From the NCBI GenBank assembly GCA_965263035.1, contig OZ253580.1, positions 832,001 through 896,000 on the forward strand: 64,000 nucleotides of DNA, written 5' to 3'. The notes under the pieces are model-generated. The model worked only from the letters and a program-made list of their open reading frames with translations, had not been told where the DNA came from and ran no database searches. Positions within the stretch are counted from its first letter, which is position 1; every line of letters begins with the position of its first letter. A program made the translations under genes and the position numbers. Shown here piece after piece: positions 39,873 through 49,645 of the stretch. This DNA comes from Acidobacteriota bacterium (lineage in GTDB: Bacteria; Acidobacteriota; UBA6911; RPQK01; JAJDTT01).

Positions 39873-41624
39873 ATGAAGTACTACGCCGTGTTGACTCTGT
39901 TAGTCCTTGCCACAACGACCTGCAAGATCGCCAATGGTCCATCGTCGACGCCTGACTTGATCTTAGCGCAAGGCGGCGTATCGGAGTTACAGATCGTAGT
40001 TTCACCCGCTGCCGAGGCGCCCGTACGGTTCGCCGCCGAGGAACTCCAGCGCTACCTGTCCCAGATCTCATCCATAGAAATTCCCATCACGACCGGTCCG
40101 GCACGGGGCCCGTCAATTCGAGTTGGCCTCGATGACGAGGGGAAGCTCTACGATTCTCTCCGGGGTCGGCCTGAGGACTCCTTTCTGGTTCGGGTAGACG
40201 AAGGAACACTTCATCTGGGCGGGAACACTCCTCGAGGCACGCTCTACTCCGTCTACTACTTTCTGGAGAGGTATCTGGATTGCGGTTGGATCAAGCCCGG
40301 TGAAGACGTCGTCCCGAAACGAGATCCGGTTGTATTGGCGGGGGATACCAGGGATATCCAGAGTCCTGATTTCAGTCACCGGAGTGTCAATCTTTATCCA
40401 TTTATCGCGGACCGGAATCTTCGCAACGTCGATTGGGCCGCCAAGAACCGTCTCAACTGGATTCATGCCTGTGCCAACAGTTCCCAACTTTGGGAGGATT
40501 TCAACAGCCGCTCCGAGCTGGTGCCCGAAATCGAGAAACGGGGACTGTTGATCAACTATGGCGGACACACCTTCCATAAGTGGGTCCCGCCCGCCCGATA
40601 TTTCAGTAGCCATCCGGAGTACTTCAGCTTGCTGGATGGGAAGCGGGACAGCCGGCAGCTCTGCATCTCGAACCAGGAGGTTGCGGAAGTCACAGCCCAA
40701 AATATCAATTCATTCTTGGATCAGAATCCTGAAATAGACATGGTCGACGTCTGGCTCAGTGATGTCATTGCATGGTGTGAGTGCGGGCCATGCCAGGAGA
40801 TGGAAGAGGGTAGGAGGATCAGCGTTTTCGACCTTCGTGGACCCGTTCAGAGTCGTTCCGACTCCAACATCAAGTTTATAAACCGAATTGCAGAAGGAGT
40901 ATCTCTCCGGCATCCCGAAGTGTTGATCCAGACGCTGGCCTATTTCATGCTCATGGACGCGCCCCTAAAAGTCACACCGGCCCCCAATGTCATGGTGGGA
41001 TTTGCGCCGATTACAAGGCAACCATCACAGAGCACGATCAACCGAACCGGTTACTGGAACGCGATTTACGATCCTCGTCACGAGGTCAACCGTTCCCGGC
41101 TGCGGGAGATCAGGAAGTGGCTCGCGATCATCGATCCAAAACGTTTCTTTACCTACGAATACTACTCCCATTTCAGCACGGCCTTAGCCATGATCAAACA
41201 AGAAACGACCCCTGAGAACCTGGAAGCCAAGCTCATTGATCCAAGCCAGAGGACGTTTCACGTTTACTCGGATACAGTCGCCAAGGACATCTGGTACTAC
41301 ACCCAGATTGGAATGGAAGGACTCGGTTCGGAGGAGTGGGACTGGAACGAGATCAATATGTACCTCTATCCCAGACTGCTGTGGGAACCGGGGCGATCCT
41401 CGGTCTCTCTTTTGGAAGAGTACTGCAACCGAGCGTACGGCCAAGCGGCTGCGCCGATGACCCTGCACTGGCTGATTCTGCAGGAAGCACGGGAGAAATA
41501 TCCTTCAGAAAAGAGCTATTGTCTGGCTTTGCTGGACCAGGCGGAGCAATTGACTCAGGACGGAGACGTGTTGCGGCGCATTGGCGAAATCCGCGAGATT
41601 TGGAGCCACATTCCAAGCCCGTGA
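39873..41624 (+). CDS. DUF4838-like lipoprotein (GH67/GH20-like N-domain), putative glycoside hydrolase
   Basis: LATTTC lipobox-like; FAAEELQRYL, RGTLYSVYYFLERYLDCGW, GHTF, HPEYFSL, QLCISN, WCECGPC, LAY. Confidence 0.8.
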   Translation: MKYYAVLTLLVLATTTCKIANGPSSTPDLILAQGGVSELQIVVSPAAEAPVRFAAEELQRYLSQISSIEIPITTGPARGPSIRVGLDDEGKLYDSLRGRPEDSFLVRVDEGTLHLGGNTPRGTLYSVYYFLERYLDCGWIKPGEDVVPKRDPVVLAGDTRDIQSPDFSHRSVNLYPFIADRNLRNVDWAAKNRLNWIHACANSSQLWEDFNSRSELVPEIEKRGLLINYGGHTFHKWVPPARYFSSHPEYFSLLDGKRDSRQLCISNQEVAEVTAQNINSFLDQNPEIDMVDVWLSDVIAWCECGPCQEMEEGRRISVFDLRGPVQSRSDSNIKFINRIAEGVSLRHPEVLIQTLAYFMLMDAPLKVTPAPNVMVGFAPITRQPSQSTINRTGYWNAIYDPRHEVNRSRLREIRKWLAIIDPKRFFTYEYYSHFSTALAMIKQETTPENLEAKLIDPSQRTFHVYSDTVAKDIWYYTQIGMEGLGSEEWDWNEINMYLYPRLLWEPGRSSVSLLEEYCNRAYGQAAAPMTLHWLILQEAREKYPSEKSYCLALLDQAEQLTQDGDVLRRIGEIREIWSHIPSP

Positions 41625-41708
41625 TCAATATTGGTGCCGAGTCGGCCCACCGGCGACGAGGGATTCCGGTGATGGCTGTTTCCAATCGGAACTCTGAGGG
41701 TCCGTGTC

Positions 41709-42680
41709 TTAGCTGGAGGACATCCGGTAAGCCTGTTCGATGATCCTCTGACTGCGAAGCGCCAATTCCGGACGGGGATCGGGTTCTCGTCCCTCCTGCA
41801 CGGCGCGGACGAACTCGCTCAACGCCCCACGCATGCCGACAAGGGCACGTTGGGGGACGGTTGACTGGCTCGAAAAGGCAACGCTGTCTTTGTCTTCGTT
41901 GGTGCCGCGCAACGTCCATCCTTTCCAAGGCTGGACCTCAAGAGTGCCCTTCTCGCCGAAAATTCGTATTTCTCCTTCCATTCCAGGACCACCCGGACGC
42001 CAGGACAGGGCAATATGAACGGGAGAGCCATTCTCGAGGCGCAAGAAAAAGGCCGCCGTATCTTCCACATCTCCCATACCCTGCGAATATCCGAAACACG
42101 CGGACTCCAAACTGAGCTTCTGTCCCGTCAGCCAGCTCACGTGGTCGAGAAGATGCACACCGCTGGTCAGCCCTACTCCACCTCCAGCCTGCCCCCGTTG
42201 GAACATCCATGCGGGCAGCGATCCGAACAACCCGACATTTTCAAGCAACAAGTCATCGACGGCCAGCACATTTCCGATCAGTCCATCGGCGATCAATTCT
42301 CGGGCTTCTACGACCGGAGGCATGAAGCGATGGGTCATTTCGACCATCAGGACCAGGGACGCCCGCTTGGCCATCTCACAAAGCTGCTCGCCGGCTTCAA
42401 CCGTGAGCGCTAAAGGTTTTTCCACCAACACATGTTTGCCTGCCTTCAGGGCAGCGGTTGCAACCGGCTGGTGGGCCGAATGAGGCAGACAGACAGTGAC
42501 GGCGTCGATTGTGGGGTCGTCGAGCAGAGCTCGATAGTCGTCAAATGATTTGACGGTGCACTCCGCCCGTCTTTCAGGACTGGTCTCCGCAACGCCTACG
42601 AGAGAGGCGGATTCGATCTGTTCCAAGGCCCGGGCGTGTTGTTTGCCCGTATAGCCGTATCCGATGATGCCGAGCCTCAC
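41709..42680 (-). CDS. Gfo/Idh/MocA family NAD(P)-dependent oxidoreductase
   Basis: GIIGYG Rossmann motif, AGKHVLVEKPLA, GGG...GVHLLD. Confidence 0.93.
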   Translation of the reverse strand: MRLGIIGYGYTGKQHARALEQIESASLVGVAETSPERRAECTVKSFDDYRALLDDPTIDAVTVCLPHSAHQPVATAALKAGKHVLVEKPLALTVEAGEQLCEMAKRASLVLMVEMTHRFMPPVVEARELIADGLIGNVLAVDDLLLENVGLFGSLPAWMFQRGQAGGGVGLTSGVHLLDHVSWLTGQKLSLESACFGYSQGMGDVEDTAAFFLRLENGSPVHIALSWRPGGPGMEGEIRIFGEKGTLEVQPWKGWTLRGTNEDKDSVAFSSQSTVPQRALVGMRGALSEFVRAVQEGREPDPRPELALRSQRIIEQAYRMSSS

Positions 42681-42719
42681 GAGTCACGACCTCTTGCCAT
42701 CCGTGTGCCCAAGCCAGAA

Positions 42720-43139
42720 TCAAGCAAACGTAAGGATTCCCAGGGCCGCCATCCCCAGGACGATCCCGGCCACCCCGTAGACCGACACACGTTCCTTAAA
42801 GAAGAGAATGCCGACCAGAACGACAAAAAACAGCCCGCCTCCCGGCGCCACTTGAAAGACGACGAACCCGGGGATTCCGTGGTCCAGGGACAATGCCATT
42901 CCCAATTGACCCAGCACGGCGCTGGAGGCCAATCCGATGCCAACCAAAACCTCTTGCTTGGTGAAGCGGCGATTCTTGGAGAAAAAGATGGCCGCCGAAA
43001 GGATAAATCCAGCCCAAAACCAGAGCATCAGGTAGGGGAACTTGAATGTCTCGGATAAACCCATCCCGGACATGATCCTCAGTCCGAAGGCTCCCAGCCC
43101 ATTGGTCACGAAACAGATCAGCATCATGCGGAGCCACAT
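42720..43139 (-). CDS. EamA/DMT single-domain transporter subunit
   Basis: Five hydrophobic segments, ILFFKERVS..GI. Confidence 0.78.
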   Translation of the reverse strand: MWLRMMLICFVTNGLGAFGLRIMSGMGLSETFKFPYLMLWFWAGFILSAAIFFSKNRRFTKQEVLVGIGLASSAVLGQLGMALSLDHGIPGFVVFQVAPGGGLFFVVLVGILFFKERVSVYGVAGIVLGMAALGILTFA

Positions 43140-43142
43140 GGG

Positions 43143-43646
43143 TCAATTCCCTTTCGGCGAACTGGAGGCTGCGGCAGCGGGCGCGAGGCCCGCGGCTGCC
43201 GCTTCGTCGATTTGCTTGTCCTTCCAGAGCAGGAAAACAGCCAAAACCACTAGAATGAGCCCGACTATCTTCCAGGGGCTGACGGGTTCTTTGTAGATAA
43301 CGATCGAGAGAATTGTGGGAAGTGACGTCGACAGGTTGATGACGACCCAGCTAGTGGCAATTTTTCCCTTCCCATAGCGCAGACCGGCTTGGAAAGCCAG
43401 GATCGCTGCGGCCGCCAGGAAACCACATACTGTGGCCACAAGGTAGAGCATCCCGGGCGTTTCTCTAACCAGAGCAGCCTTCCCCGCAGCGAGGAGATAA
43501 ACAGTCGTAAAGAGTCCTGCCCAAAAGAATATGCTCACCGAGATCGCTCGGGGACGGCACCGATACTGATCCGCCACCTTATGGAAGATGCCGATCAATC
43601 CGAGAGCCACCAAGGACATGCCCAGGAACAAATGACCCAAATGCAA
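43143..43646 (-). CDS. EamA/DMT single-domain transporter subunit
   Basis: Five hydrophobic segments, SIVIYKEPVS.WKIVGL. Confidence 0.78.
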   Translation of the reverse strand: MHLGHLFLGMSLVALGLIGIFHKVADQYRCRPRAISVSIFFWAGLFTTVYLLAAGKAALVRETPGMLYLVATVCGFLAAAAILAFQAGLRYGKGKIATSWVVINLSTSLPTILSIVIYKEPVSPWKIVGLILVVLAVFLLWKDKQIDEAAAAGLAPAAAASSSPKGN

Positions 43647-43873
43647 GTTTCGACTCCTCTGGATGTTCCTTAGGAAACGTCAGCGGTTTTCAGCGGACGC
43701 TCCGACCCAATTGCTCAACAAACGTCAATTCAAGTGGAGTTCATGTGGGCAACCGACCTACCCCGCCCAACTCAACTGTGCGCCAATATAGTGCGGGGAG
43801 GAAATGAAGTCCATTCCCGCATCGTCCGGTCTCCACATTCGATGGCTGGACACCGGCAAGGCGGCAGATGTCA

Positions 43874-45577
43874 TCAGTGGCTCGGATGCTTCTCGGACGA
43901 ACCACGAGAACCTTCTATGACCTGGAGACGCTGATTGGCCCGAATTCCCTTCAGTGTATCCACGGTGCCGGATGGCCATCGGATCGCCAGCTCATCCACT
44001 TCGCTTCGTTCTCCCAGCCCCAAGTGCACCCAATAGGGTGAGGCTGAAAGATAACTGGCCCCGCCCAGCACCTGTGTTCTGAACCGCTTGTCTCCGACCC
44101 GCAACTCTATCCTTGCGCCAATGCCATTCGAGTTGGACTCGATTCCCTTCAGGCGGACTTCCAGCCAATTCTGTCCACTCCCGTGGTCGTTGGACAGGAG
44201 CATGGGACCTTGGCCGCAATTGCTGACCACGGCATCGAGATCCCCATCCTGATCAAAGTCACCCACGGCCAAACCGCGGCTTACCTGGGACCCCGACAAG
44301 GGATCACCAGGCTGACCTGCCTGGTTGACGAAACGCCCGTCCCGATTCTCGAACAGCAGCTTGGGCTGAGCGTAGGATGCTCCGGGTCGGATCTGAACGA
44401 TATTGTCGATGATATGTCCGTTGACAACGAGGATATCCAAGTCGCTGTCGTTGTCGAAATCGAGGAAACGGACACCGAAACCCACCAGATTCCGGGACGC
44501 CAATTTGACTTCGAAGAGGGCCGCGACCTCCTCAAAGAAAAAATCGTGATTCAGGTAAAGGGCAAGATACTCAACGTCCAGATTGGTGACTGCAATATCG
44601 GGCAAGCCGTCTCCATTGAAGTCGGCCATGTCGGCTCCCATACCGGCCTGGGGCGCCCCATTCTCATCGAAAGCCACACCCATATTGAGGCCGATCTCTT
44701 CGAAAGTACCGTTCTGCAGATTCTTGAACAGGTAGTTCCCCTGGGAATCGTTTGCGACGTAGATGTCGATCCATCCATCCCAGTCGAAGTCCCCCGCGAC
44801 GACTCCAAGGCTCTTTCCGGTGTATCGGGCGATTCCCGCCTGCTCGCTGATATCGGCGAATGTACCGTTTCCGTTATTTCGGAAGAGGAGGTCCGAGAGG
44901 CCATCGTAGACCTTGGGTGAGCAATAGGTTCGAATGCCCTTCTCGAGCCACGGTCCACAGACACGATTGTTGGCGAAGTTGTGGTCGAGGTACCTGGTCA
45001 CATAGAGATCGAGGTCCCCGTCGTTGTCGATGTCCAGGAATGCCGCGCTTGCCGACCAGCGGCCGTCCCCTGCCACTCCGGCTTGTTCGGTTCGGTCCTC
45101 AAAAGTCCCGTCCCCTTGATTTGCATATAGGATATTGCGTCCTGCGAAGTTTGTGATCAGGAGGTCATCGTCCCCATCGCCATCGTAATCCGCCACGGCA
45201 ATCCCTTGTCCGTAATCCTCGCTGGCCTTGATTCCTGCTGTGCGTGTCTGGTCGCGGAATCGTCCCTCCCCCAGATTTCGGTAGAGTGCGTGTCTGACGG
45301 GTGAAGGATCGATCACGCCCGGAACGCGTCCGCCATTGACAAAGAAGATATCCAGACTGCCATCCCCATCGTAGTCGAATAGCGCCACGCCGGAGCCCAT
45401 TGTCTCAACCAGATACTTCTCGGGGCTGGCGGAGTTCACATGTCGAAAACGGATTCCCGCCGGCTCGGTGATGTCTGAAAAATAGGCGTTTGGGGACGTC
45501 TGGGCAGCAGGCGTACCAGCGGCAACGACCAACAGGTTCGACCAGATGAATGCGCATCGTCCAACGCCCATCCTCAA
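43874..45577 (-). CDS. CRTAC1/ASPIC-UnbV FG-GAP protein (copy 3)
   Basis: KYLVETMGSGVA, FG-GAP repeats, SNSNGIGA..GASYLS..HLGLG; start overlaps the TPR stop. Confidence 0.92.
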   Translation of the reverse strand: MRMGVGRCAFIWSNLLVVAAGTPAAQTSPNAYFSDITEPAGIRFRHVNSASPEKYLVETMGSGVALFDYDGDGSLDIFFVNGGRVPGVIDPSPVRHALYRNLGEGRFRDQTRTAGIKASEDYGQGIAVADYDGDGDDDLLITNFAGRNILYANQGDGTFEDRTEQAGVAGDGRWSASAAFLDIDNDGDLDLYVTRYLDHNFANNRVCGPWLEKGIRTYCSPKVYDGLSDLLFRNNGNGTFADISEQAGIARYTGKSLGVVAGDFDWDGWIDIYVANDSQGNYLFKNLQNGTFEEIGLNMGVAFDENGAPQAGMGADMADFNGDGLPDIAVTNLDVEYLALYLNHDFFFEEVAALFEVKLASRNLVGFGVRFLDFDNDSDLDILVVNGHIIDNIVQIRPGASYAQPKLLFENRDGRFVNQAGQPGDPLSGSQVSRGLAVGDFDQDGDLDAVVSNCGQGPMLLSNDHGSGQNWLEVRLKGIESNSNGIGARIELRVGDKRFRTQVLGGASYLSASPYWVHLGLGERSEVDELAIRWPSGTVDTLKGIRANQRLQVIEGSRGSSEKHPSH

Positions 45578-47058
45578 TTTGGACTCGATCCCGTGGACAA
45601 GAGTTGCTCAAAAATTTGTCTCTGGCGCGCGGCTTCTTGCACTCTTCCCAATCGTCGGAGAACCGATGAGAGGTTGAGGTGAAATAAGGCGTTCTTGGAG
45701 TCAAGCCGGATAGCTTTCTCGTAGGCGGTACGCGCCTTCTCGAATGAGCCAGTCGCAAAATGGAGATTTCCCAACTGGTTTTGGTGCGATCCGTTGGCTG
45801 GATCCAAGGTGACAGCATGGCTGAGAGCATCGATGGCCTCGGCGGTTCTCTGAACACTGTGCAGGATGTCGGCGAGAGAACGATAGTAGGCTGCGTTATA
45901 GGGCCTGGATTCTATGGCTTTTCGCAGCGCAGCGATGGAACCCTTGGAGTCCCCCTTCAGTGCAAGCACTTGAGCTATCCCGTAGTGACAGATGTCCTGA
46001 TTGGGATGTGGTCCCAATGCTTCCCTGAATGCTTCCAAAGCAGGTTCCAGCCTCCTCTCCTGCAGAAGTTTCATGCCTTTCTGGTAGAGGCTCTGACTTC
46101 TCGCGATCTCTTCATTCAGTTGACTGGTCTGCTCTTGCAGCTCTCGGTAACGATCGAGGGCCTCACTGGACTCTCTGAAGGCACCGGACCTCCTGTGGGC
46201 ACGGCTTAGAAGATAGTAGGCTTCCGGAGCCAATTGGTTTAATTCGACAGCCTTTTCCAGGTGCCGGAGAGCGGAACTGATCTGGTTCCGTTTCAGGTGA
46301 AGAGCTCCCAACTGCAAATGGAGCTTGAAGTTTCCCAATCCCAGAGCTTGAGCTCGCTCCAGGGAAAGCCGGCCCTGTTCAAAAGTGGATTTCTCCTGAC
46401 TGTAATAGGTCCCAAGAGCCAGGTGTGCGTAGGCGAGTTCAGAATCGAGTTCAATCGCTTTGCGTAGCCGTGCTTCGCCTTGAGAGTCGTCATTGATGGC
46501 CAAACGGTTTCTACCAGAGACGTACCACGCCTCGGCGTTTTGCGGGTCCGATTCAATGATCCGTTCTGCGATCCCTTCTGACCGAGCGTGTTCTCCCTTC
46601 TCGCCCAGCACATAGGCCAGCGTGAGCTGTGCGGCTGGGCAATCCGGCGCCAGCTTGGAGCAGGCTGTGGCGGTGTCTTCCGCAGCGCCTGGTTCATTGA
46701 GTCGGAGGTAGATCCTCGCCACGTATAGACAATAGGGCCACCGCTCGCCCGAAGAAGCCGCCTTCAGATAAGCCGCCAGGGCATTGTTATAGTCGCCTCG
46801 CATTTCCAGTGACTTGGCCGATTCAAAGTGAACTTGACCCGGAGCCTCGGACACCGGCCTCGCGCAAACATAAGTCAACCAAGGCATTCCGTCGGGTTGT
46901 TGCTGCTGCGAGGCAATAGTGCTGACCGCAACCAGGAGCAGGTGCAGGCTAATCATGTACAGGTGAGATCTCCGCCAAGTCAGCCTTGATCCACGGAAAA
47001 CGCCGACTCGAACACCCAAAATACCCGGGATCCAGACGACTGCAAGACCCGAAAACAA
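45574..47058 (-). CDS. TPR-repeat protein
   Basis: Multiple TPR-like repeats (LRKAIELDS, YEKAIRLDS); start uncertain. Confidence 0.85.
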   Translation of the reverse strand: MFSGLAVVWIPGILGVRVGVFRGSRLTWRRSHLYMISLHLLLVAVSTIASQQQQPDGMPWLTYVCARPVSEAPGQVHFESAKSLEMRGDYNNALAAYLKAASSGERWPYCLYVARIYLRLNEPGAAEDTATACSKLAPDCPAAQLTLAYVLGEKGEHARSEGIAERIIESDPQNAEAWYVSGRNRLAINDDSQGEARLRKAIELDSELAYAHLALGTYYSQEKSTFEQGRLSLERAQALGLGNFKLHLQLGALHLKRNQISSALRHLEKAVELNQLAPEAYYLLSRAHRRSGAFRESSEALDRYRELQEQTSQLNEEIARSQSLYQKGMKLLQERRLEPALEAFREALGPHPNQDICHYGIAQVLALKGDSKGSIAALRKAIESRPYNAAYYRSLADILHSVQRTAEAIDALSHAVTLDPANGSHQNQLGNLHFATGSFEKARTAYEKAIRLDSKNALFHLNLSSVLRRLGRVQEAARQRQIFEQLLSTGSSPN

Positions 47059-47078
47059 TCCATGACAGCGAAAGATGC

Positions 47079-49643
47079 CTACTCGGCTGTCAAACCACTC
47101 TGGAGCTCATCGATCTTCTCGCCGATCAGCGCCGAGTAGTGACGCCAACTGGATTGATCCCCTCCGCTGGCGTCGGTCATCTGAAACTCGAAATTGTCGT
47201 TCATGAAGGTGACGGTTTCTGCAAGCCGATCGCGGGCCCGTTGAAGAGTCTCTTGGGAGACGTCAGAGCTTTTGGTTGCGCAATCCCGGTAGGCAACGTG
47301 CAGAGCCGACACGCTGTCGGCAAACCGATATCCAAGATTGAGGCGGGCGAACAGGTGCTCAAGATCTTCTTTGGCTTCTGGTCTCAAGTCCTTCGATTGC
47401 AAGGCAGTCTGAACCAGCCCCGACGCCTCTCGAGTTACGGCAGCTCGCAGGTTCCAGACCCTCGATAGTTTGTCATGCAGCACCGCGCCGGTAATCTCAG
47501 TGGTCTCCCCCGAGGCCGCCAGGGCCATCCTCACCAATCGCCGGTCGACTTCGACAAGGTCCGGCCTCCAGGTGCGTGAAGCCCGTGCAGAATTATAGGC
47601 AAGTGTGTGCATGGGGTAGATTCGCCGGCTAGCCCAATGGGGCGTGGTTTCATTCACCCTTTTCTTTTCGGTTACAAACTCGCGCTGGACTCGGTAAAGC
47701 CGGTTATACCGATACATGAATGCGCCCGCCCGTTCGCCATAGATCTTCCTGCAAGCCTGGCCCAGAAAACCGTTTTCGCCGAAGATCTCCGCCGGCTCAT
47801 CCAGATTGAAGGTTCCGCGCATATAATTTTCCCGCGACTCACTGTGCGTCGTAGCGGGAATGAATATTCCGTGAGCTCGAGTATTCCAACTGTAAGCTGC
47901 GTTGAGCAATTGCATCGGTTCCTGCGCAAATGAGCCGGAACTGTTTTCGATGGTCGTTGCCCCCTCAAACATCACATTGGTCAATGGCGAAGTCACAAAT
48001 GGGTAGTCATTGTAGGTAAAATCCGCGCCTTGAAAGACGAGAAAGTAAGTACCGATCTCCAGGTCGTGTCTATCGAACCGGGATTGGAGTGCCGGCACCC
48101 ACCTGTCCCGCGTCTCTTCAAGCGGCCAGATTTCCCGAAATCCGATTTGTACCTCAGGTACCTGGTAAGTCAATTGCTTGCCGACGTTTGTCCACAGTGC
48201 CAATAGATTGTTCCAATCTTCGTGCGCCTCCGGGACCGTTTTTATGCTGTACAGCTCCGACTCCCCTGTTCCATAGGTCACGTAACCGGGAGAAATCAGC
48301 CCCACAAAGCAGTCTCTCTTGGCATCATAGCCGGTCTCCTCGTTCCGGACGCTGAAGACCGCGTCCAGCAGCGCGTTGAAGCCGTGAGCCAATGCGCCTG
48401 CCCCTCCGTCAGGCGCCTTCAAGTCGTCATTCGGCCATTTCTTGCGGCAACGATCACAGCGGCGATTCTTCCATTCCGGCGCCGCGTCCCGGTAGTTGTC
48501 CACGTCTTCGTTGTGAATATAGAGACCGCCGGGCTCCAGGGCGCGAACATACGCCGCAAGCTCCTCCGCCTTCAATCCGTTGAGCGGTTCGTTGCTCCGG
48601 CACGTACCAAGACCGCGGGTGAAATCCGCAGGCAGGCGCCCGAAATATTGCTCGTCCTCGTAAGGATGTCCGAGGCAACTATAAATCTCACCATCCGGAT
48701 AGGATTCCCGGTTAAAAAAGATCCTTCCCTGATAGGAGGGCGCCCCTCCTTCGCTGGTTCCACCAAAAAACTGGTACGTACCTAACGCGTACCCGGCGCC
48801 ATAACCCCCGTGGAAAAGGCGAATTCCCCGTTGTCTCGCGTACTTTGCCAGTTCCCTGATCAAGGAGTTGTACCCGGGGGCCCGGTCGAGCGCCCAACCA
48901 AAGCCCTCGAAACGAACCGCGTTTATCTTGTAGAGAAGACAAAAATCGAGTTTTCTTTTCGCTCGTGCGAGGTATTTCTCGCGGCCGTCGCCGTAATCGT
49001 ATGCCCATCGGTTGATCTCATTGTTGAGCAGCCAATCAGAGGCGACCCGGTATTTGAATGAGGGGAAATCCCGAATATGGGCCGTCGTGATCCTGATCTC
49101 CTCTTCCCGCCGATTGATGAGCTGGATCAGCGTCGTGGCAGCATAGAGGAGGCCCTGACCGCCGGCTCCCACCAGAAAAATTCCATTGCCTTGGGTACGG
49201 ATCACGTAATTTTGTTCGAGGTTCCGGGGGTCCTCGAGGACCTGACGGTCCGCCTCGTCCAGCAGCGGGAGATCGGGCCGTTTATCGTAGTTCACCAGAA
49301 AAATCGTGGCCTGCGCCTTTTCCGGCACAGGCCCAGGAAGCTGAGCCACCTCCGCGATGTCAGACACAGCTCCCAACTCTTGGAGCCGGTTGAGGATGAT
49401 TCGTTGGGCAAGAACCTCCTTGAATGTGGGAGCTGTGGAAGGAACGATCACCAGGGCCGCCGCTCGATTCGGCACCAGAATGTCACGTGTCTGAAACGAA
49501 ACAAACTGGGGATCGGGAATAATAAAAGGACCTGCGACGGGCTGTTGGCGGCACGCCGGCTGGGTCGCGAGCACCCCAACGACGACGACGGACAAGGCTG
49601 CCGAGAACACTTTCTTGCCGACGCGCCGCATTCTGAATCTCAT
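47079..49643 (-). CDS. Uncharacterised GH-like protein with GH20 domain-2-like N-terminus (paralog 1, possible lipoprotein)
   Basis: IIPDPQ, GLLYAATTLIQL, IRDFPSFKYR, YIHNED, CDRC; signal ending ..QPAC. Confidence 0.75.
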   Translation of the reverse strand: MRFRMRRVGKKVFSAALSVVVVGVLATQPACRQQPVAGPFIIPDPQFVSFQTRDILVPNRAAALVIVPSTAPTFKEVLAQRIILNRLQELGAVSDIAEVAQLPGPVPEKAQATIFLVNYDKRPDLPLLDEADRQVLEDPRNLEQNYVIRTQGNGIFLVGAGGQGLLYAATTLIQLINRREEEIRITTAHIRDFPSFKYRVASDWLLNNEINRWAYDYGDGREKYLARAKRKLDFCLLYKINAVRFEGFGWALDRAPGYNSLIRELAKYARQRGIRLFHGGYGAGYALGTYQFFGGTSEGGAPSYQGRIFFNRESYPDGEIYSCLGHPYEDEQYFGRLPADFTRGLGTCRSNEPLNGLKAEELAAYVRALEPGGLYIHNEDVDNYRDAAPEWKNRRCDRCRKKWPNDDLKAPDGGAGALAHGFNALLDAVFSVRNEETGYDAKRDCFVGLISPGYVTYGTGESELYSIKTVPEAHEDWNNLLALWTNVGKQLTYQVPEVQIGFREIWPLEETRDRWVPALQSRFDRHDLEIGTYFLVFQGADFTYNDYPFVTSPLTNVMFEGATTIENSSGSFAQEPMQLLNAAYSWNTRAHGIFIPATTHSESRENYMRGTFNLDEPAEIFGENGFLGQACRKIYGERAGAFMYRYNRLYRVQREFVTEKKRVNETTPHWASRRIYPMHTLAYNSARASRTWRPDLVEVDRRLVRMALAASGETTEITGAVLHDKLSRVWNLRAAVTREASGLVQTALQSKDLRPEAKEDLEHLFARLNLGYRFADSVSALHVAYRDCATKSSDVSQETLQRARDRLAETVTFMNDNFEFQMTDASGGDQSSWRHYSALIGEKIDELQSGLTAE

Positions 49644-49645
49644 CG

